In this document: positions 1-9,500 of the stretch, piece by piece
How the letters are laid out: each line of letters begins with the position of its first letter
Position numbering within the stretch: position 1 is the first letter of the stretch
From: Armatimonadota bacterium
GTDB taxonomy: Bacteria > Armatimonadota > Zipacnadia > Zipacnadales > UBA5352
Assembly (NCBI GenBank): GCA_034722055.1
Contig: JAYENL010000176.1
Span: 1-32,340, forward strand
Length of the DNA: 32,340 nt
Direction of reading: 5' to 3'
Notes under the pieces: generated by a model
Told to the model about the DNA's origin: nothing
Databases searched by the model: none
What the model saw: the letters and a program-made list of their open reading frames with translations, nothing else
Made by a program: the position numbers and the translations under genes

Positions 1-57
1 GCGGAGCGGAGGGTTACATCGTGATCTGGAGAAGCTCCTGTCCCTGCCCTGCGGCGG

Positions 58-98
58 AAAAGAGAGACGTCAGATCCCGCCCCACGGCAGGAGACGCC
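58..98 (-). terminator. Intrinsic terminator-like hairpin directly after the prepilin-leader mini-ORF
   Basis: Minus strand reads GGCGTC-TCCTGCC-GTGG-GGCGGGA-TCT-GACGTC then TCTCTTTT: two stacked stems (each with a G-U pair) and a U-rich tail, starting 13 nt after the TGA. Confidence 0.55.
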
Positions 99-111
99 CA
101 TTCTTCAGCAG

Positions 112-168
112 TCAGATAATCGCGATCACCACCAGCAGCTCGATGAGCGTGAACCCTCTTCTTCGCAC
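112..168 (-). CDS. 18-aa mini-ORF consisting only of a prepilin-type N-terminal cleavage/methylation motif (MRRRGFTLIELLVVIAII*)
   Basis: Manual translation: GTG at 168, GGAGGT RBS at 176-181 (7-nt spacer), class III signal peptide motif G|FTLIELLVVIAII, TGA at 112-114. Too short for the ORF track. Confidence 0.85.
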   Translation of the reverse strand: MRRRGFTLIELLVVIAII

Positions 169-250
169 CGATGACACCTCCGGGTGCCGTTGAGGTAGAC
201 GGATGGCGGTCACCGACATGACCACAAACCGATCCAACTCGTGTATTAGC

Positions 251-296
251 GTATCTCCTAGTATCAGACCGTATCAGACAAGGCCAAGAAAGTCAA
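251..296 (-). promoter_or_regulatory. Sigma70-type promoter for the mini-ORF with overlapping direct-repeat operator
   Basis: TTGACT (291-296) - 17 nt - TACGGT (268-273) with extended TG. On the plus strand GTATC recurs at 251, 261 and 271, and GTATCAGAC occurs twice. Confidence 0.6.
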
Positions 297-360
297 GGCG
301 ATGGGTGCGGCCTCAGATTGTCGGTCGCAGGTGGGGCGCCCGCAACCCAGGTAGGTACTG

Positions 361-388
361 GGGCGCGGGCGCCCTCGCCCGCGCGCCC
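361..388. repeat. REP-like palindrome, core GCGGGCGCCCTCGCCCGC (also at 15203-15220)
   Basis: Identical 18-bp hairpin core at 365-382 and 15203-15220, both intergenic. Confidence 0.65.
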
Positions 389-749
389 CTTTGACTGAGG
401 TGGGCCAAAGCTCGAGTGGCGCTTCGCGCCACAAGCCGGCGGGGGCGCCGGCCTCCCAGAGCGAGGTAGCGGTTGTTGCCAGGGCGCGGGCGGAGCTGCG
501 TCCGGGGGGAGAGGCGCCACGCGCCTCCGGGCGCCCTGGACCGCGCGTTCCCGCGACAACGCGGATCCAGACTCAGTAAGCGCCTGCCCTTGACTTCGAG
601 CCGCAGTTAATCGAGAGTTAACGAAACATATCGGGGGATCTGTGGGTATATTGAGATAGAGGTGCTGCCCGAGAATACCGCGGGCGCTTCATTGCGTTCG
701 TCATCGTATTCGTCTTAGCGTTGAGATACCACGCAGAGGGGTGAGGCGG

Positions 750-1106
750 ATGCTGCAAGGCATGGCACGGCTGACCACTGCCGGCGACGTGATCAAGGCC
801 GTGGTCGCGCTCTTCGTGGGACTGGGCATCGGCGCAGGGGTCTCGGCGTTCCTCAGCCCCGGGACGCTAAGGGTCTGTGCGCAGTGCATCGTCGGCGCGG
901 CGATGATCGGCGTCATCGGCTCCGCGGGCCTCGGCGTGTTCCGGCGCTACCGCCAGCTCAGCGAGGGCAAGTGCCCCAACCCGCTGTGCCGCGGTGTGGT
1001 GCAGCGCAGCGAGCTTGTGGACAGGGGACAGGTCGTCTGCCCCACCTGCAAGAAGGTGTGGCCAGAGCTGGCGGGGATGCAGTTCCGCGCCACGGCACGA
1101 GGATAG
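750..1106 (+). CDS. Small membrane protein with two hydrophobic helices and a C-terminal zinc ribbon (CPNPLC...CPTC)
   Basis: ORF 741..1106 has two hydrophobic segments and two Cys pairs. ATG at 750 follows GAGGGG; start uncertain. Confidence 0.7.
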   Translation: MLQGMARLTTAGDVIKAVVALFVGLGIGAGVSAFLSPGTLRVCAQCIVGAAMIGVIGSAGLGVFRRYRQLSEGKCPNPLCRGVVQRSELVDRGQVVCPTCKKVWPELAGMQFRATARG

Positions 1107-1173
1107 CCTCTCACGGACTGACAACGCCACGCGGCGCGTACGAGCACGCGCGCGGGCAGGGGACGCGTGCCTG

Positions 1174-2247
1174 TCAGAGCCAGCGTTGGAAAAAGCCAAG
1201 GCCGGTGGCGACGCGGATCTCGTGCCCTCCCTCATGCAGGTCCAGCTCGATGCGCTCGGCGATCCCCAGCCGCTCGTAGTGCTCCCGCGCCGCCTCGAAC
1301 TCCTCCACCACCCACGGCCACCAGGAGACCCCGTCGGCCTTGCCCGTCTGTGACATGACCGGCCGGGGGCAGATCAGCGAGACGAGGTCGCGGTCGCAGA
1401 ACTCCCGCAGCCAGCCGGGCACAAAGATATGCTCCTCGGCCGTGGACAGGTAGCAGGAGTAGCGCGGGTCATCGACGACCATCTTGCGCAGGCGGTGGTT
1501 GAAGAACGCGGTGATGATCGCGGCCCTGATGCGCATCTCCAGGGGGGTGGTGAAGAGCGTGTAGGTGCCCCCGAGGCTGATGCCCCACATGCCCAGGCGG
1601 CCCGTGTCCAGCTCCGGCCGGGTCTCGGCGTAGTCGATCAGCCGGCTGATCTTGGCGATCTCCAGGCCGAAGAGAGTCTTCCCCAGCAGCAGGCACATGC
1701 GCTCGTAGCGGGCGCGCTGGTCGGCGCCGATGATGTTCATCGGCGAGATTACCGCGTAGCCGTGCTCCAGGCAGCGCCGCGCGAAGGCGTGATACAGCCC
1801 GCCCTCGTCGGCAAGGCCGAAGGTGCGCTCGGGCGAGCATGACAGGCCGTGCTGGCAGATGACGGTCGGGAATGGGGCCTCGCCGGTCTTGGGGACGCCG
1901 ATGACCGCTCGCGCCCGCAGCCTCCCGTAGAGCGACAGCGTCACCCACTGGGCGACGAAGTCGTCATTCTCCGCGAAAGGCGCCACCTCCGGCCGCATCT
2001 CCGGCTCTGGTGGGCCGAAGTCGCCCACCGCCTCCAGCCACCGCTCCCGGTTCGGCTGCACCGACTCCAGGAAGGCCTCCTCGGAGGAGTAGTCGCGGGC
2101 CCAGTGCTCCTCCCGGCGAGGCTCATAGTCGAGCGTGAGCTGGCGCAGGAAGTCCTCGGTCTCCCGGCGCAGCAGGCTCTGGCGGTCGTTGATGCCCCGC
2201 TGGATGAGCGCGGGATCGGCCTCGAGGGCGTTCTCGTAGAAGGTCAT
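1174..2247 (-). CDS. Alpha/beta hydrolase (dienelactone hydrolase / esterase-like)
   Basis: Nucleophile elbow GMWGISLGG, an HG oxyanion motif (CQHG), C-terminal catalytic His (EGGHEI), GGGAGG RBS. Confidence 0.85.
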   Translation of the reverse strand: MTFYENALEADPALIQRGINDRQSLLRRETEDFLRQLTLDYEPRREEHWARDYSSEEAFLESVQPNRERWLEAVGDFGPPEPEMRPEVAPFAENDDFVAQWVTLSLYGRLRARAVIGVPKTGEAPFPTVICQHGLSCSPERTFGLADEGGLYHAFARRCLEHGYAVISPMNIIGADQRARYERMCLLLGKTLFGLEIAKISRLIDYAETRPELDTGRLGMWGISLGGTYTLFTTPLEMRIRAAIITAFFNHRLRKMVVDDPRYSCYLSTAEEHIFVPGWLREFCDRDLVSLICPRPVMSQTGKADGVSWWPWVVEEFEAAREHYERLGIAERIELDLHEGGHEIRVATGLGFFQRWL

Positions 2248-2397
2248 GCCTGACCCCTCCCTGGCTCGGTTCGTCGTCTCCGGTCACTTCCACGGCGATC
2301 GGGACGTGTCCTCTCACACGCACGGGAGCGTGAAGGGAGGCGTGTGCCAGCGGAGAAGGGCCACCCCGACACGCCGAGCAGCAGTGGGGAGGTGCCG

Positions 2398-5055
2398 ATG
2401 ATGGTGTGCCTACGCGTGCGGCGGGCAAGCGCATCGTGCATGGGCCTGTGCATCGTGATGATGGTAGTGACGGCCGCGGCGGTCGTGGGCCAGGAGCGGC
2501 CGTCCATGATGATCAGCGACTGCGATGACGCCGCGGCGTGGACGGGCGGAGAGGCTGCGAGGAAGCCACGCACTCAGGGCGAGGGCTCCATCCGCTGGCA
2601 GATGGCGGCGAACAAGGCGTTGCGGCTGGCGCAGGCTCCGCCCGACTGGTCGGAGTACAACGCGCTGGCTTTCGACCTCTACGCCGAGAAGGCGACGGGC
2701 TCACCGCTGTGGGTGCTGATGTCATCAGACAACCCGCAGACAGAGGGCCCGGACTACTTTACGCTTCGCCTGAAGCTCGACCACGAGGGCTGGCGCCACT
2801 ACGTTCTGCCCTTCGACGAGATTGGCTCGGCGCGCAGGCCGATCGGCTGGCACCAGATCGAGCTGTTCCGATTCCATTCAGCATGGGACCCGGAAATCGA
2901 GGTTGACCCGGAGGCGGTGGTCTACGTGGACGACATCAGGCTGGAGCGCCATGACCAGACGGGGCCGCGCATGACCGACGAGGAGCTGTTTGAGGCCCTG
3001 GACCTGCAGCGGCCGGAGCTGGCGGCGGTGCGGGAGGCGGTCGAAGCCGGCGACGTGGAGGCCGCGAAAGCGGCCTGGGCCGGGCATCTGCGCGCCCGCG
3101 AGAGTCCCCGGTGGTTCCAGGACTGGCGGGAGCGCCCGGAGCCGGTGCCGCCGGAGCAGGCCAACACCGGCGTCGCGGACCTGGCGCTCGAGAACACCTT
3201 CCGCTGGCAGGGCGAGGAGTTCTTCCTCGGCGAGGACATCGACTGGTCGCAGAACCAGATGACGGAGGGGGAGTCCGCCACAGTGGAGTGGAATGCGCGG
3301 CTCAACCGGCATCCCATGTTCACCGCCCTGGCGACCGCCTATTGGCGGACCCGCGAGGAGCGCTACGCAGAGAAGCTCGTTGAGCTGTGGGTGGACTGGA
3401 TCGAGGACGCGCCGCTGCTGCTGCACGCCTCGGGAAACTCGCCCTACCACTGGGCCTGGGAGACGCTCAACACCGCCGTCCGCGCCTCCAACACCTGGCC
3501 GGACACCATCTTTCGCACGCTGGACGCGCCAGGGTGGACCGATGAGGCGCTGGTGATGGTCACGAAGTCCTTCGCCGAGCACGCCCGCCACCTGCGCAAG
3601 CACCCCACCTCCGGCAACTGGCTGACGGCGGAGTCCACGGGGCTCTACTACACCGGCGTGCTCTTCCCGGAGTTCGAGGAGGCGCCCCAGTGGCGCGAGA
3701 CGGCCCTGCAGCGCCTCTACGACCAGATGGAGGAGGAGGTGTATCCGGACGGGCTGGAGTTCGAGCTGGCACTCGGCTACGGCCTGTGGGTGCTGCGCAA
3801 CTATTCCGACGTCCTGGACTTCGCCATCCTCAACGACCGGCGCGATGAGGTGCCCGCTGACTGGCTGCAGCGCATCGAGGCCATGTACGACTACGTGCTC
3901 TACGCCTCCATGCCCGACGGCACCGTCCCCGGACTCAATGACTCCGGCAACACCGACCGGGGCAGGTACATGCAGCGCGCGGCGGAGTACTTCCCGGAGC
4001 GCGAGGACTTCGCATGGGCGGCCGGCGCCAGGGGTCACGCGCCCGCGGACACCTCCCGGGCCTTCGACTACTCCGGCCACTACGTCATGCGCTCCGGCTG
4101 GTCGGCCGACGACCTGTTCATGCTCCTGGACGCCGGGCTTTTCGGCTCAGGGCATCAGCACGAGGACAAGCTGACCTTCGTCCTCTACGCCATGGGGCGG
4201 ATGCACGTGGTGGACGCGGGCAACTACATGTATGACCGCAGCCGCTGGCGCCGCTACGTGCTGTCCACGCGGGGGCACAACACGGTGCGCGTGGATGGCC
4301 TCGACCAGCACCGCAGAGGCGTGCGCGACACCTGGGTCCTGGAGCCGCCCTTCCAGCCCCTGGGCAATCCCTGGGTCAGCGGCGATGCCTTCGACCTGGT
4401 GCAGGGCACCTACAACAGCGGCTACGGGGACGAGAACCAGGTGCGAGTGACGCACACTCGGAGCGTGCTGTTCGTGAAGCCCAGCTACTGGATCATTGTC
4501 GATCACCTGTCGCCCCAGGATGAGGCGGAGCACGAGTATGAATCGCTCTTCCACCTGAACGCGAATGACGCGGAGGTGGGCAAGGAGCTGTCCGTGACCT
4601 CCGTGACCGGAGAGGGACAGAGCCGCCTGCAGATCCTGCCGCTGCCGAGAGAGGGTCTGAGCGTGGAGGTCGTCACGGGCATCGAGGAGGAGCTGGTGCA
4701 GGGGTGGGCGTGGACGGTTCCGGGCGATGATCACGCCATCCCGACGGCGGTCTACCGGCTCTCCGGCGCCGGGCGGCAGGCGCTCGCCTCCGTGCTGTGG
4801 CCGGTCGCCGAGGGAGAGCAATCGCCGGTGGCGAGCATCGAGCGCATCGAGACCGGTGTGTCTGCGGCGGTCGCGGGCCAGATGGCGCTGGTGGATGGAT
4901 CGCGCCATCTGTTCGCCTTCCAGCCGGGGCCGGGCGAGATGGAGTTCGGAGGCTTCCGCACCGACGCCGAGGTCGCCTTCGTGGAGGTGCTGCCCGGCGG
5001 TGAGATCGGACGCAGCTTCCTCTACGGCGGCAATAGGCTGGAGCCGGTGCAGTGA
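2398..5055 (+). CDS. Secreted heparinase II/III-like polysaccharide lyase with an N-terminal CBM-like domain
   Basis: Signal peptide after a GGAGG RBS (ATG 2398). Motifs LNRH, SGNWL, YPDG..E, PGLNDS, MRSGW, GHQHEDKL and GHNTVRVDG match the Hepar_II_III architecture. Confidence 0.85.
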   Translation: MMVCLRVRRASASCMGLCIVMMVVTAAAVVGQERPSMMISDCDDAAAWTGGEAARKPRTQGEGSIRWQMAANKALRLAQAPPDWSEYNALAFDLYAEKATGSPLWVLMSSDNPQTEGPDYFTLRLKLDHEGWRHYVLPFDEIGSARRPIGWHQIELFRFHSAWDPEIEVDPEAVVYVDDIRLERHDQTGPRMTDEELFEALDLQRPELAAVREAVEAGDVEAAKAAWAGHLRARESPRWFQDWRERPEPVPPEQANTGVADLALENTFRWQGEEFFLGEDIDWSQNQMTEGESATVEWNARLNRHPMFTALATAYWRTREERYAEKLVELWVDWIEDAPLLLHASGNSPYHWAWETLNTAVRASNTWPDTIFRTLDAPGWTDEALVMVTKSFAEHARHLRKHPTSGNWLTAESTGLYYTGVLFPEFEEAPQWRETALQRLYDQMEEEVYPDGLEFELALGYGLWVLRNYSDVLDFAILNDRRDEVPADWLQRIEAMYDYVLYASMPDGTVPGLNDSGNTDRGRYMQRAAEYFPEREDFAWAAGARGHAPADTSRAFDYSGHYVMRSGWSADDLFMLLDAGLFGSGHQHEDKLTFVLYAMGRMHVVDAGNYMYDRSRWRRYVLSTRGHNTVRVDGLDQHRRGVRDTWVLEPPFQPLGNPWVSGDAFDLVQGTYNSGYGDENQVRVTHTRSVLFVKPSYWIIVDHLSPQDEAEHEYESLFHLNANDAEVGKELSVTSVTGEGQSRLQILPLPREGLSVEVVTGIEEELVQGWAWTVPGDDHAIPTAVYRLSGAGRQALASVLWPVAEGEQSPVASIERIETGVSAAVAGQMALVDGSRHLFAFQPGPGEMEFGGFRTDAEVAFVEVLPGGEIGRSFLYGGNRLEPVQ

Positions 5056-5166
5056 GGAGGGGAGCAAGGAGCCAGGCCGTCACAGCGCGAAGGACCTCTG
5101 GGGTGGTGCCGGAGACCGGCCCACCAGGGGTGGCAGAGGCTGCAACCTGACTGGGGAGAGGGGCAC

Positions 5167-6414
5167 GTGGACTACGCACAGCTTGCTGAGCTGTTCAAGA
5201 TCTTCGCGGTGTCACTGCTGCTGGGGGCCTTCATCGGCCTGGAGCGGGAGCGTGGCGAGAGGCGTCCGCTGGGAATCCGCAGCTTCATGCTGGTCTCCGC
5301 CACGGCCACCGTCGCGGCCCTCATCGCCGAGCAGACTGACCAGGTGTGGGTCCTGCCGGCGGCGTTTCTGGCGCTGGGCGCGCTGCTGGTCATAGGCCAT
5401 CTGGGGTATCTGGAGGAGGGGCGGCGGGGGCTGACCACCGAGCTGGCCGCGCTCATGACCTTCGGCCTGGGGATCATCGTCTACACGGGCCCGATGGAGC
5501 TGGCCATCGCGTTGGGCGTGGTGACCGCGGCGGTCCTGCACTTCAAGCCCCAGCTCCACGATCTGGCGGACCGCACTCGCGGGGAGGACATCTACGCCAT
5601 GGTGCAGTTCGGGCTGGTGGCCTTCGTGGTGCTGCCCGTGCTGCCGAACCGCAACTTCGGCCCGTACGATGTGCTGAATCCCTACCATATATGGCTGATG
5701 GTGGTGCTGGTCTCAGGCATCAACCTGGCGGGCTACGTCTCACTCAAGTACGTGGACGGCCGCCATGGTGGAGTCGTCTCGGGACTGCTGGGCGGTCTCG
5801 CCTCCAGCACAGCCACCACCTTCAGCTTCTCCAAGCGGGCGCGCGACGCCGCGGACTTCGTCTACCCGGCGGGGCTGGCGATCATTGTCGCCACCGCCGT
5901 GACCGCGCCCCGCATGGCGGTTCTGATCGGGGTGGTGAACTCAGACTTCCTGGTGCGAGCCTGGCTGCCCTTGACGTTCATGTTCCTTGCGTCTCTGGCG
6001 CCCTTCGCCTGGCTCTGGCTCCGGGGCGGGGGCAGCCCGAGCAGCGAGCCGCCGGAGGTAAAGAACCCGGCTGAGGTGCGTGCCGCCATCATCTTCGGCG
6101 TCCTCTACGCCCTCGTGAGCCTGGCCCTCGCGGCGGCGCAGCAGCACTTCAGCGACGCGGGAACCTACACGGTCAGCGCCCTGTCAGGACTCACCGGTGT
6201 GGACGCCATCACGCTCAGCACGGCCCGCCTGGCGGGCGTAGATCGCATCGCCAGCGCCCAGGCCATCGACGTCATCGTCATCGCCTACATCTCGAATCTT
6301 GTGGCCAAGGGCGCGCTGGCCGCGATTGTGGGAACGACGGAACTGGCCCGGATGATCCTGCTGGCCTTCGGCTTCACGTTCCTGGCCGGACTCGCGGTCA
6401 TCCTGCTGGTGTAA
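5167..6414 (+). CDS. MgtC/SapB family membrane protein with a DUF4010-like C-terminal region
   Basis: GAFIGLERE...GIRSF, GLTTE, LGGLASSTATT and SGLTGVDAIT motifs; many TM helices. Confidence 0.85.
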   Translation: MDYAQLAELFKIFAVSLLLGAFIGLERERGERRPLGIRSFMLVSATATVAALIAEQTDQVWVLPAAFLALGALLVIGHLGYLEEGRRGLTTELAALMTFGLGIIVYTGPMELAIALGVVTAAVLHFKPQLHDLADRTRGEDIYAMVQFGLVAFVVLPVLPNRNFGPYDVLNPYHIWLMVVLVSGINLAGYVSLKYVDGRHGGVVSGLLGGLASSTATTFSFSKRARDAADFVYPAGLAIIVATAVTAPRMAVLIGVVNSDFLVRAWLPLTFMFLASLAPFAWLWLRGGGSPSSEPPEVKNPAEVRAAIIFGVLYALVSLALAAAQQHFSDAGTYTVSALSGLTGVDAITLSTARLAGVDRIASAQAIDVIVIAYISNLVAKGALAAIVGTTELARMILLAFGFTFLAGLAVILLV

Positions 6415-6573
6415 GGACGACACCGCGACACAGGGCTCTGCGTGACAAGGCCGCCGCGGGTGGTGGCCCTCTGAGGGATGAGCGGAACCCCGCTATGCCG
6501 GCCAGCGGCAGGAGCGGTCGCGTCGCGCCCGAATGCCCACACGAAAGCGACATTTCCACCAAGTGAGGAACCC

Positions 6574-9500
6574 ATGGTGTCTGCAGCCAGCCTTCGCACG
6601 ATGGCGATGGTGACGATGCTCTGCGTATTCTCATCCGCCGCGTACGCGCGACTGCCCGACGCTGCACTGAGGATCACTCTCACCGATGTCGTGGCGGAGC
6701 AATCGGCCGATCCGCTGAGGGTGCCACTCGACGGCCGGGCCGACGCCACGGTCCTGGACGTCCGCATCAGCGCCCAGACGCGGGCAGAGGGCCCCGCGAG
6801 GGTCATCGGCGTTCACCTCCAGGACCTGCGCGGCGGGGATCGCGCGCTGGACCTGGACGTGACGCTGCCGCTGGACCTGACGGGCTGGACGTGGCACCAC
6901 GATATCCGCCAATCCGAGCGGATCGATGCGGCCTCGGAGCTCGCCGAGCGCCAATATCCGCTGATTGTGGTGACGCCGGAGGGCGGCGGCGAGGGCATCG
7001 CCATGGCCATCGAGCCCCACCAGCCGGTCGTCTATGAGCTCCGGGGCGGCTCCGAGGGCCTGACGCTGCACGCGCAGCTCGGCCTGACGCCAGCCGGAGT
7101 CGGCGACCTGCGGAGCCAGGCCCACGTGCGGCTGTACCTGTTCCCCGTGGACGGCGCGCTGGGCTTCCGTGGCGCGCTGGCGACCTACTACGATCTGTTC
7201 CCCGATGCCTTCGAGCGCCTGGCGATGGACGAGGGCCAGTGGCTGTTCGCCTTCGAGAACACGAAGCTGCCGAACCCGGCGCACTACGCCTATCACGAGG
7301 GCGGCCCGGCGGGCTGGCAGTACGATGAGGAGCACGGCATCGGCACCTACCCCTACACGGAGGTCTCCTCCCGCACCATCCACATGCACCGGCTGCCGGA
7401 GGACCGCCAGGACGCGGTGACGGCCTTCGAGGAGTACCGGCAGCGGCAGGAGCTCTCGGCGGCGGAGTGGGGAATGCGCGGCGCCACCGTGGATACCTCC
7501 GTGGCGCGAAGCGGCAGCCGGAGCCTGAGGTGCGAGAAGGACGATCCCCAGCAGTGGGTCGGCGCGGTGCAGGACGTGATGGTGAGGCAGGCTGAGCCGG
7601 AGCCGGTGACCATCTCCGGGTGGCTGAGGGCGCAGGACGTGAGCGGGGAGAATCAGCGCGAGCTGTCGCTCTACGGCGACGTGCAGCTCGCCAGCGGGGA
7701 GTGGCTCTTCGGGCAGATCGCCGGCTTCGAGCCCGGGACGTATGACTGGCGGCGGGCGACCTGCACCGTAGAGAGCGAGCAGCCCATCCGGATGGTGCGC
7801 CTGCACTGCCTCTTCCGGCACGGGCATACGGGGACGGTGTGGTTCGACGACATCTCCGTCACCACGGCCTCGCGTCCGGACGAGAACCTGGTGCAGAACG
7901 CAAGCTTCGAGGAGGCCGGGACCAACCGCGACGTCGCCGCCATCGACGCCTACCACGTCGAGGCCGCCGACGGCCACCCGGTCTTCTTCATCCGCACCGA
8001 CCTCTCTGCCGACGTCAAGCCCGAGACGCCCATGAAGCTGCTGCGCTTCTGCCTCAGCCCCAGCCCCTACCTGCAGAGACCGCGCAGCGGTCTCCCGAGG
8101 GAGGGGGCTCCGGTGCCGCCGGGCCCGGCCACCATCGAGAAGTACCGGCGCATGATCAAGGGGATCCCGGCGCTGGACGGCGCCTACATCGACAGCGTCA
8201 GCGGATGGGCGAGCCGGGAGCTGGACTTCCGCCGCGAGCACTTCCACACCGTCCGCCACAGCTTCACCTACGACCCCCACAGCAAGCGCGTGGTGGCGCC
8301 GGGCAAGCACTACACCTACGACTTCCTGAAGGAGCTCGGCGAGGCCCTGCATCCCCAGGATCGCTGGGTGTTCACCAACATCCACAACACCATGGACACC
8401 TTCCTCCTCTACACCGTCTCGGACGTCCCAGGCATCGAAAGCTCCATCACCAACCACGAGCGCTTCAGCTACATCCGCTCGGCGTCGTACCACAAGCCCG
8501 CGGTGCTGCTGAACTTCCTGAACCTGCTGGGGTTCGATGAGCGCTCCAAGCATGACTACCACTGGCGGATGGCGGTGCTCTACGGCCTCTACCCCAGCAT
8601 CGGGCGCCGGTGCGATGAGGCCTACGAGCTCTACGGCGACCTCTACCGCCGCTTCATGCCCTCCCTCAAGCGCATCTCGGCTGCGGGCTGGGAGCCGGTG
8701 ACACACGCGAGGATGGAGCCGGCGGGCCCGGCCATCGAGCGCTTCGGCAACTCCACCAGCGGCCTGTTCTTCACGATCTACAACGAAGCCGAGAGCGACT
8801 ACGAGGGTAGCCTGACCATCGACGCGCGGGCGTTCGGCCTCATCCGCGACACCCTGGTGGGCTGCGATACGACCACCGGCTCGACCACGCCCGTTGAGCA
8901 GGCTGAGGGGCAGGCGAGGGTGGAGCTGACGCTCCCGCCGGGCGAGGTAGCCGTGATGCAGGTGGGGACGCCAACGCAGGTAGGACAGACGACCCGGGCC
9001 GAGCTTGACGAGGTTGTCACCCACCTCCGGCGGCTGGAGAGCGAGCTGCCGGAGGAGCGGGCCGACCGGGTCCGTGACCTGCGCGGGCGCGTGATCGGTA
9101 TGCATGGAACCGGCCCCGAGGAGCTGACCGCAGACGCCGTGCGCGACCTGGTCGCGCTCTACAACGACGAGAGCATCCAGGGGCGCGCCTGGACGGGCGA
9201 GACGCCCGGTCAGGCGCTGCTGCGGGCGATGCTGCTGGCTGCGCGCATCGAGGCCGCTCATCACGCCCCGGTGGACATAGCGGTCTCCGGCACGCCCGTC
9301 AGCGGCGAGGAGTCGCGCGTGGAGCTTCACTCAGGCGGTGAGGCGGTCGCCGAGGCCGTCTTCCTGCTGCATGACGCCGAGGGGCTGCAGGTTGTGGAGA
9401 CCGACTTCACCTGGCCGCAGGAGGGCCACGGGCCGGGGCTGGTGGACGTCATCGCCATCGGCGTCGGCGACCGGCCGGGCGCGGTGCGGCGGACCCACCG

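Noticed and set aside
112..114. TGA as selenocysteine or read-through restoring a full pilin-like gene
   Set aside because: The downstream frame is not pilin-like and stops again after 13 codons.
591..621. TTGACT promoter for the zinc-ribbon gene
   Set aside because: No acceptable -10 hexamer at 16-18 nt spacing.
6631..9330. Long antisense ORFs (899 aa here; also 15405-17798, 12222-13781, 2878-4080, 13579-14958)
   Set aside because: They mirror well-supported plus-strand genes, show no motifs, and are expected from GC-rich codon bias.
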